From a virus: a stretch of 64,000 nt of DNA. The position numbers and the translations under genes are program-made. The notes below the pieces were generated by a model that had not been told where the DNA came from, ran no database searches, and saw only the letters and a program-made list of their open reading frames with translations. Each line of letters starts with the position of its first letter. Within the stretch, counting starts at the first letter, position 1. The stretch spans positions 64,571-128,570 of IMG/VR virus record IMGVR_UViG_3300031972_002122; one strand, written 5' to 3'. This document shows positions 47,669-54,345 of this stretch, in pieces.

Positions 47669-48341
47669 TATGTTAATAGAAACGTTGGTGACTGAAGGCG
47701 TGTATGATCCAGCGATATTTAAAGCAATTTTCATAGTAGGCGGTGCAGGCTCTGGGAAGACATTCGTTAGGAATAAATCGACTAGAGGATTGGGTTATAA
47801 AGTGGTGACGTCGGATGATATGCTTGTTTCGCTAATGAACAAGAATAATCTATCACTAAAAATGCCCCCAGAGGAGGATGATGAGCGTGATGCACTAAGA
47901 ACTATCGCTAAGGATAAAACAGACGATCGATTAGACATGTATCTAGAAAATCGCCTAGGTGTTATTATTGAAGGTACAGGGCATAATTATGAAAATATCA
48001 AAAATACTCAGCGGAGATTAGCTGAACTTGGGTACGACACGTTTATGATCTTTGTGAACGTTCCAATGGATGTAGCATTAGATAGAAATGCTAAACGAGA
48101 TAGATCAGTTCCACCAGATATTGTTAAAGAGAAATGGCTCAACGCTCAGCAAAACTTGGGTAGGTATCAGTCACTATTTGGTCGGAATAATGTTTCTATC
48201 ATAGATAATGATGACCCATCCGAGAATGTATTTGAACGAATGTGGAAAAACGTTATGATTTTTACCAAGATGAAGGTCAAAAATCACCGAGCAGTGGAGT
48301 GGATAAAGCAGCAATTGAAAAAAAAAGACAGAAATAATTAA
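47655..48341 (+). CDS. P-loop kinase, zeta-toxin/AAA_33-like
   Basis: GGAGSGKT, IIEGTG, VALDRNAKRDRSVP. Confidence 0.85.
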   Translation: MKLIDMLIETLVTEGVYDPAIFKAIFIVGGAGSGKTFVRNKSTRGLGYKVVTSDDMLVSLMNKNNLSLKMPPEEDDERDALRTIAKDKTDDRLDMYLENRLGVIIEGTGHNYENIKNTQRRLAELGYDTFMIFVNVPMDVALDRNAKRDRSVPPDIVKEKWLNAQQNLGRYQSLFGRNNVSIIDNDDPSENVFERMWKNVMIFTKMKVKNHRAVEWIKQQLKKKDRNN

Positions 48342-48346
48342 AATAA

Positions 48347-48380
48347 TTTGGTTTATTCGAAATGTTTTATATATATTTAC
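48347..48380 (+). promoter_or_regulatory. Bacteroidota-type promoter for tRNA block C
   Basis: TTTGG...TTTTATATATATTTA, near-copy of the block A promoter. Confidence 0.68.
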
Positions 48381-48397
48381 ACTAATTATAAAAAATC

Positions 48398-48478
48398 ATG
48401 TTAAGAAATATCAACATATCAGCCATTAAAGTGAATCGCATTAAAGCGAAAGGGTCGAAGTATGTCGTGTTGATATAA
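48398..48478 (+). CDS. putative attenuator leader peptide of tRNA block C (MLRNINISAIKVNRIKAKGSKYVVLI)
   Basis: Manual translation; I/K/N/R/A/V-rich; its 3' end is complementary to the terminator 5' arm. Confidence 0.8.
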   Translation: MLRNINISAIKVNRIKAKGSKYVVLI

Positions 48479-48504
48479 ACTAAATTAGAAGTAATTAAGG
48501 ATAT

Positions 48505-48539
48505 AAAGCCAGTACGACAAGATCGCACTGGCTTTTTTT
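48505..48539 (+). terminator. attenuator terminator directly before tRNA block C
   Basis: AAAGCCAGTACGA/TCGCACTGGCTTT plus U-run. Confidence 0.85.
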
Positions 48540-48542
48540 ATT

Positions 48543-48621
48543 GGCGAGTACCAGCCCATCCTGATAAGATGGAGAACTGTAATTGGTTGTTGAAAATGTG
48601 GGTTCAAATCCCATCTCGCCA
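48543..48621 (+). tRNA. atypical tRNA-Ile(GAT) lacking a normal D arm
   Basis: GGCGAG/CTCGCC-A; CCATC-CTGATAA-GATGG; GTGGG-TTCAAAT-CCCAT. Confidence 0.7.
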
Positions 48622-48637
48622 ACTTAACTGTTAAAAT

Positions 48638-48712
48638 ACGCATGTAGGCAAGTAGGTGAAGCCGTGAAGCTTATATCTTCATGACACGTTGGTTCGAACC
48701 CAACCATGCGTA
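48638..48712 (+). tRNA. tRNA-Ile(TAT)
   Basis: ACGCATG/CATGCGT-A; TGAAG-CTTATAT-CTTCA. Confidence 0.88.
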
Positions 48713-48830
48713 CAATAATTACAAATAAAAATATTTGTATTTTTTTTTCAAAAAAGTTTGGAAATACGTGAAAGTTGTTTATCTTAGTGTTGTAATCGGA
48801 GGGGATTATTATTAACCTAAACCTTATATC

Positions 48831-49352
48831 ATGACAACCACCGCAGTATTAAGTCGACCAATTGGCGAGCACAGAATTGAAGAATTGAAAAAAACAATTG
48901 AACACACTCGAGAATTGATGCGAGATCGATCTAGACGAATCGGGGAAGGTCTGACGGATATGGATGATTGCTTCATTTCAGAACGATCCAACCAGCAGAC
49001 TATAACTGGGTGTGAAATGAAGATTAATATTCTTGAAAACAAAGGACTTAGTCAATTTGAAGTACTCGTTGATATTGATACTGATGAGATAGTATCAGAT
49101 GGTGATCGGAGATATGGTGAGTATGGTGGATACTGGGTCATGAACGATGAGTATTATAAGCGAACTGGAAAACGTTACGTCGGAGATGCCAAACGAGAAT
49201 CGACTTTCACCAAGAAGGGTGTACGAAAGGAATATCGAGAATTTCCAGCATGGGTGTATTTTTCGGCAGGAGGTGGTAGTGGTTTGATGGGTGCGTATAC
49301 TGGATCATATCGTGTATTCCGTTCAGATAAAAATTACTACACCGAAAAATAA
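48831..49352 (+). CDS. hypothetical protein
   Basis: ORF after a sigma70-like promoter. Confidence 0.7.
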   Translation: MTTTAVLSRPIGEHRIEELKKTIEHTRELMRDRSRRIGEGLTDMDDCFISERSNQQTITGCEMKINILENKGLSQFEVLVDIDTDEIVSDGDRRYGEYGGYWVMNDEYYKRTGKRYVGDAKRESTFTKKGVRKEYREFPAWVYFSAGGGSGLMGAYTGSYRVFRSDKNYYTEK

Positions 49353-49427
49353 TTGTGTGGATATTTGATTTATATGAAAAAGTTTTTTATATTAGCGTAA
49401 CAATACTTAACCAAAAATACTAATACA

Positions 49428-49739
49428 ATGGATATCAATTTTGAAGAAATTATACTTAGACAGCAACTTTCGAGTCGTGGTGGGGGGATTGAGGTAGATT
49501 TAACAAGTCTTGGATTTCCAGAAGCTAAAATGACAGTGTACCAAAACTATTTGGGTGGTGGAATGCTTGGGAGAGTTTGCAACGATTGTACGATTAGTGA
49601 CTGGCGAGACGACGCGAAACTATCTAAGATTGCTGCAGAGCTTCGACAGTTCATGCATAAAGTTACAAATCCATCAGATGATGCGTGGGAATCTGTGAGT
49701 TATGAGCAGAATCAAAAAATGCCAGTAAGTGCATACTAG
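49428..49739 (+). CDS. hypothetical protein
   Basis: ORF after a sigma70-like promoter. Confidence 0.7.
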   Translation: MDINFEEIILRQQLSSRGGGIEVDLTSLGFPEAKMTVYQNYLGGGMLGRVCNDCTISDWRDDAKLSKIAAELRQFMHKVTNPSDDAWESVSYEQNQKMPVSAY

Positions 49740-49744
49740 TAATC

Positions 49745-50315
49745 CAAAGGGATTACATTAAATTTGACAGAAGAGCATAAACCGCCTCGGGGTGACTAGT
49801 TTGGATTGGCGTCTTAATTAGGTGAACTTAGAGGAAACGATATGTCAAAGCGTGTGGATACTATGAGCTGTAACCTTATCAGGTTAGACGTAAGAACTTT
49901 GGGTAAGACGTACTATGAGGGTGAAGTTATCAGGTTAGATGAAGCGCGTGAGTTGGTTGCCTGTTTGGAAGGGCAGCGAAGTATTGAGCGAGTTCGACAT
50001 ATCTGGGGATTCTGTATGTGGTAGGTCATTGCGATCCGCCAAGATCATATGACTGAGTTATTACTGAGTCCTCATTACCGCTCACGTATAATGATAAAAA
50101 CCTCGTGCGGTGAAATTCCCTCACTTGAATGAATCATATAGGCGTGATACCTATTTTGGAAAAACGTGAGGCGAGGTTTTAAAATAATAGTGCTTTACGT
50201 GGAGACCATTGCACTCGAAATATGTGGGTCTATCCTATCCCTTAAGCTGAGGGCATAGCAGAGAAGCTAGATGTTTAAAAACTCTGTGCTGAGCAAGCAC
50301 GCTAAAAGGCTCATA
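49745..50315 (+). ncRNA. candidate large structured ncRNA
   Basis: ~570 nt without a credible ORF, GC-richer than flanks, many long-range helices. Confidence 0.55.
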
Positions 50316-50337
50316 TTTTTAAAACTAAATATTTAGT

Positions 50338-50565
50338 ATGGATATGATAAATATGATGAATGCGTTTTTGAAGTTGGGTGAAATATCATCTCCAGACGCT
50401 TCATTAGAAGATAAGGTGAAGTATAAGGAGCGCATTGTTTTCGCTACTATGCGAGCATCTATACCTGATTGGAAAGTTCCAGCACATTACAATGAATTAG
50501 ACACTCAGGGGAAATACGATTTGTTGGTTAAACTTGAAAAAATAACAACTGAGGATACTCAGTGA
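50338..50565 (+). CDS. hypothetical protein
   Basis: ORF track. Confidence 0.6.
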   Translation: MDMINMMNAFLKLGEISSPDASLEDKVKYKERIVFATMRASIPDWKVPAHYNELDTQGKYDLLVKLEKITTEDTQ

Positions 50566-50578
50566 AAATAGTTGAATA

Positions 50579-51046
50579 ATGGCAAACCATGCACGGATTG
50601 TAAAAAATAAATTACCGATAACTGTAGCTGGTGTTGATATGATTGTTGATCGAATTATATCTGACCGATTTGGAGATGTTTTATCGGTGACTAAGAATTC
50701 TGAAACTGAGTGGTTGATTAGTGTGTATGGGGATAACACATATGAAGGTATTTTATTTTGGATCAATGAGGTAGGTGAATTAGAATTTAGACACGGTCAC
50801 GGATTTATACATTTTTGGTATTTAGAGGGAGTATTTAGAGAGAATTTGGCAGTGTTTTTTGGAGGAGATGTGAATGACGACGGGGTAGGAGAAGATGAAA
50901 TTCCCAGACCAGAAAAATATGAAAATTTTGATGCTTACTTTAGTAAATTACCAAAAAAATATTTGAAATCTATATACAAAGATTATTTACAACTTTACTC
51001 TAAGGAAATTTATGAAAAGTTAGAAGTTCCAGAATGGTTAAGGTGA
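50579..51046 (+). CDS. hypothetical protein
   Basis: ORF track. Confidence 0.65.
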   Translation: MANHARIVKNKLPITVAGVDMIVDRIISDRFGDVLSVTKNSETEWLISVYGDNTYEGILFWINEVGELEFRHGHGFIHFWYLEGVFRENLAVFFGGDVNDDGVGEDEIPRPEKYENFDAYFSKLPKKYLKSIYKDYLQLYSKEIYEKLEVPEWLR

Positions 51047-51202
51047 CGTAGCTCAGATATCGTTTGAAACGGAAGCTGCCAATTACTAACGAGTAATGTA
51101 GTCCTGAGTAGCACACGCGGAGTGTACATTAAACGTGTGAGATTTGGTTAGAGCATTATTCTGATAGAATAAGGGTCGGTGGTTCGAATCCACCCGTCGC
51201 AA
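51042..51202 (+). tRNA. tRNA-Ile(GAT) with ~85-nt structured insertion in the D loop
   Basis: GGTGACG-TA-GCTC-AG[insert]TTGGTTA-GAGC-A-TTATT-CTGATAG-AATAA...GGTGG-TTCGAAT-CCACC-CGTCGC. Confidence 0.75.
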
Positions 51203-51208
51203 CGAATT

Positions 51209-51281
51209 GGGGGTGTAGCTCAACTGGATGAGCACTTGCTTTGCAAGTAGGGAGATGTGGGTTCGAGTCCCATCACTTCCA
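51209..51281 (+). tRNA. tRNA-Ala(TGC)
   Basis: GGGGGTG/CACTTCC-A (G3:U70); CTTGC-TTTGCAA-GTAGG. Confidence 0.92.
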
Positions 51282-51398
51282 CTAATAATTGAAATATCGT
51301 TCGGTGAACGTCCGAAACACCGAGTAGTAACTGTTCAGAGCGGTCAAACACTTGGGAATGACGTCCCTGACGATAATTCTTTTTAAAATGTAAATAAA

Positions 51399-52577
51399 AT
51401 GAAACAAGTAATAAGTAGTCAGAAGAAGCCAATTAAGATGTGGCTAGATAATCTGGAGCATGGAGCGATCCAGCAAGCTAAGAACTTGGCGAACTTGCCA
51501 TTCTTATTTAAGCATGTTGCGATTATGCCAGACTCACATCAGGGTTATGGTATGCCGATCGGTGGTGTACTAGCTACTGAAGGTGTGGTTATACCGAATG
51601 CTGTCGGTGTTGACATTGGATGTGGGATGTGTAGTGTTAAGACTAGCATCAAAACGGAAGAGATTGATAAAATTGACTTCTCAAAGTTAATGAACTTGAT
51701 CCGTAAGAAGGTTCCAGTGGGATTTAACCATCACCAGCGAAATCAGAATTCCAAGTGGATGCCTGATGGGATGGATGATGTACCAAAGACTGGTAACATT
51801 CGGAAGGAGTTGAGTAGTGCGCTGAAGCAAGTAGGCACACTCGGTGGTGGTAATCACTTTATAGAGATACAAGCTGGTGATGATGGCTATGTGTGGATAA
51901 TGATTCACTCAGGGTCACGTAACTTAGGTTATAAGACAGCTAGACACCATAACACGTTGGCTAAAGAGATCAATAAGAAATATTGGTCTGAGGTTCCACC
52001 ATCGTGGGATTTAGCATTCTTACTGATCGACTCGCAGGAGGGACAGGATTATATAAGTGAGCTTAATTATGCGACGAAGTTTGCGCTAGCAAACCGTGCA
52101 CATATGATGGAAGCTGTTAAAGAATGTTTAATTGATGTAGCGGGATGGGGTGTTACGTTTGATCCGATGATCAACAAGCCACATAACTTTGCGGAGATGG
52201 AACATCACTTTGGTAAGAATGTTATGGTACACCGTAAGGGTGCTTGTCGGGCTAGGAATGGTGAAGTGGGTATGATACCCGGCTCTCAAGGAACGCACTC
52301 GTATATCGTGAAGGGTAAGGGTGAGGAAAACTCATTCCAGTCTTGCTCACACGGTGCTGGTAGAGTGATGGGACGTAAAGCCGCTCAGAGAAGTTTAGAT
52401 TTTGACACTGAGGTTAAGCGGTTGAATGACATGGGAGTGTACCACACATTAGAAACGGTAAAGCAATTAGATGAAGCTGCAGGGGCATATAAAGATATTG
52501 ACCTCGTGATGGAAAACCAATCTGATCTAGTAGAAATATTAGTGAAGCTGAAGCCATTAGCAGTAGTAAAAGCATAA
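51399..52577 (+). CDS. rtcB: RNA ligase RtcB
   Basis: MPDSHQGYGMPIGG, VGVDIGCGM, GTLGGGNHFIE, HSGSR, HN, HRKGA, SCSHGAGR, DEAAGAYKDI. Confidence 0.96.
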   Translation: MKQVISSQKKPIKMWLDNLEHGAIQQAKNLANLPFLFKHVAIMPDSHQGYGMPIGGVLATEGVVIPNAVGVDIGCGMCSVKTSIKTEEIDKIDFSKLMNLIRKKVPVGFNHHQRNQNSKWMPDGMDDVPKTGNIRKELSSALKQVGTLGGGNHFIEIQAGDDGYVWIMIHSGSRNLGYKTARHHNTLAKEINKKYWSEVPPSWDLAFLLIDSQEGQDYISELNYATKFALANRAHMMEAVKECLIDVAGWGVTFDPMINKPHNFAEMEHHFGKNVMVHRKGACRARNGEVGMIPGSQGTHSYIVKGKGEENSFQSCSHGAGRVMGRKAAQRSLDFDTEVKRLNDMGVYHTLETVKQLDEAAGAYKDIDLVMENQSDLVEILVKLKPLAVVKA

Positions 52578-52579
52578 AG

Positions 52580-52674
52580 ATATCCTGACGTCAGGTTCGA
52601 TTCCTGAATTCCACCACGGTACCATTGGGTGGATGTTCTTTGCGCAAAGAATTCCTTGGTGGCAGTTGGGACAT
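52580..52674 (+). ncRNA. permuted tRNA-like RNA (YrlA-like arrangement)
   Basis: outer stem ATATCCTGAC/GTTGGGACAT enclosing a T arm TCAGG-TTCGATT-CCTGA, then a TCCACC/GGTGGA hairpin. Confidence 0.5.
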
Positions 52675-52693
52675 TTTATAACATATTCAATAT

Positions 52694-52948
52694 ATGAAAT
52701 TTATTGTAACCTCAGTAATATATTTGGATGATGTACTCGTCGATAGTCGAGTGTCATTCTGTGAGAATGAATCATTGATGAAAGCAGTTGACGCTGAATG
52801 TCGTAGACGTATGGATTTCTCCGAGGAGAATAATGTACTGACGCCATCACTATCATTTCATATTAGAGAGAATTGTATCATAGTACAAGATACAAGAGCT
52901 CAAGCGGTGCACGTTGTGGCACCATTTATAAATTGCCTCGGGAGCTGA
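52694..52948 (+). CDS. hypothetical protein
   Basis: ORF track. Confidence 0.55.
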   Translation: MKFIVTSVIYLDDVLVDSRVSFCENESLMKAVDAECRRRMDFSEENNVLTPSLSFHIRENCIIVQDTRAQAVHVVAPFINCLGS

Positions 52949-53007
52949 CAAGGCGTAGCGACTGGCTGTTAACCAGAGGGCGGTGGGTTCGATTCCCACC
53001 CGAGGCG
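52935..53007 (+). tRNA. tRNA-Asn(GTT)
   Basis: GCCTCGG/CCGAGGC-G; CTGG-CTGTTAA-CCAG. Confidence 0.9.
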
Positions 53008-53111
53008 CAAAACATACAGGTAGATTGTGAGGTATAAGCAATCTTTTAATCTTGATACTTGCTTTAAATAGCACAGAACGCTTAGTCTAGTATCATCCTA
53101 TGTGTTAATTT

Positions 53112-53185
53112 AGCCTCATGGCGCAATTGGATAGCGCACTTGACTACGAATCAAGAGGTTGAAGGTTCGAATCCTTCTGGGGCTA
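53112..53185 (+). tRNA. tRNA-Arg(ACG)
   Basis: AGCCTCA/TGGGGCT; CTTGA-CTACGAA-TCAAG. Confidence 0.93.
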
Positions 53186-53200
53186 CAAAATATAAATACA

Positions 53201-53716
53201 ATGGATCGTGTTTTTAAAACAATGGATGGTGAAGTAGTTGACGTGATACCATACACGTTCGATTTCATCCGAGACAACAAAGGGACTAAAATCTTTGTTG
53301 GAGCAGACTCACAAGTTCGTAGGTATACTATCAAGTACGCCGTATGTATTGTGTATCGATATGGTACGCTCTTCTCATACACCGAGGGTGGTGTGAAGCG
53401 TGAGATCGGGAAGGGATGTCACGTACTTAAATCGGTCTGGGAGGTACCCAAGCGTGGTGCTGGTACTGGTGAAGCGTTGTTGATTAAGAGGTTGATGGAT
53501 GAAATAACGACATCTATAGTAACTGCAGAGACATTGCGAGAAAACGCGATACACGTTGAACAAATTGATTTTGACTTGAATGATGATGATCAGTGCGCGT
53601 CACATAAAATGGTGAGTACTGCGAGAGGTTGGGCAACTGGTCTTGGATATAAAGTGAGTATAAAACCAGATATGCAGTTCGCTACTAAGGCAGCTAACCA
53701 TATTGTAAACCATTAA
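53201..53716 (+). CDS. RNase H-like YkuK (DUF458) family protein
   Basis: KIFVGADSQ, RLMDEITTS, IDFDLN, IKPD..ATKAAN. Confidence 0.8.
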   Translation: MDRVFKTMDGEVVDVIPYTFDFIRDNKGTKIFVGADSQVRRYTIKYAVCIVYRYGTLFSYTEGGVKREIGKGCHVLKSVWEVPKRGAGTGEALLIKRLMDEITTSIVTAETLRENAIHVEQIDFDLNDDDQCASHKMVSTARGWATGLGYKVSIKPDMQFATKAANHIVNH

Positions 53717-53720
53717 TAAT

Positions 53721-53750
53721 ATGAAGTATAAACGAAAATATAAACAGTAA
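53721..53750 (+). CDS. Lys-rich leader peptide (MKYKRKYKQ)
   Basis: AAG plus 3x AAA in 9 codons; followed by a hairpin and three tRNA-Lys genes. Confidence 0.72.
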   Translation: MKYKRKYKQ

Positions 53751-53783
53751 TTAACTTCACCAGCGAGTCTGGGGGAGTTAAAT

Positions 53784-53856
53784 ACCCCCAATGCTCGTAT
53801 GGTAGAGCACCTGACTTTTAATCAGGGTATAGTGAGTTCGAATCTCACTGGGGGTA
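53784..53856 (+). tRNA. tRNA-Lys(TTT)
   Basis: ACCCCCA/TGGGGGT; CCTGA-CTTTTAA-TCAGG. Confidence 0.92.
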
Positions 53857-53866
53857 CATATGATAT

Positions 53867-53938
53867 CCGCTCGAAGCATTGCTGGCGATGTTCTTGGCTC
53901 TTAACCTTGAGAATTGGGTTCGATTCCCGACGGGCGGA
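53867..53938 (+). tRNA. tRNA-Lys(CTT)
   Basis: CCGCTCG/CGGGCGG; CTCTTAA loop; weak anticodon stem. Confidence 0.78.
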
Positions 53939-53947
53939 CAATTTTAA

Positions 53948-54038
53948 ACCCCCATAGCTGAATTGGAAGCAGTACTGTAAGGGAACAAGCAACGCACTTT
54001 TAATGCGTGGGATGTGAGTTCGAGTCTCACTGGGGGTA
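53948..54038 (+). tRNA. tRNA-Lys(TTT) with enlarged D loop
   Basis: ACCCCCA/TGGGGGT; ACGCA-CTTTTAA-TGCGT; ~17 extra nt in the D loop. Confidence 0.8.
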
Positions 54039-54093
54039 CTAAAATATATTACGTAATTTGTATAATGTTGAGAATTTTTTATATTTGCTTTAT

Positions 54094-54345
54094 ATGAATA
54101 AGAAAGATAAAGAAACGTATAAAAAGATTGTGGAAGGTGAATGGAAAGACATGCCTGAATTCCACCAAGACGATTTAACGTCTAAGCGAAAGATTGTTGT
54201 TCATTTTAGGAACGATGATGATGTAAAAAAGTTTGAGGAGTTGATGGATCAAAAGATAACGCCAAAGCAAAAATCGCTATGGTATCCATACATGCCTCCT
54301 AGACGGTATGCTCATAAACGATATATAGACGAAGATGAATCCTAG
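54094..54345 (+). CDS. small protein of the type found next to GREB1/TAGT-like glycosyltransferases
   Basis: WKDMPEF..IVVHFRN..F..LMDQKITPKQKSLWYP. Confidence 0.65.
   Translation: MNKKDKETYKKIVEGEWKDMPEFHQDDLTSKRKIVVHFRNDDDVKKFEELMDQKITPKQKSLWYPYMPPRRYAHKRYIDEDES

Noticed and set aside
49749-52616. tmRNA formed from GGGATT..TTTGAC (49749) and GAC..TTCGATT..TTCCACCA (52587-52616)
   Set aside because: The two ends resemble tmRNA termini, but they are 2.8 kb apart with genes in between, the acceptor strand is short and no tag ORF was found; still worth an ARAGORN run.
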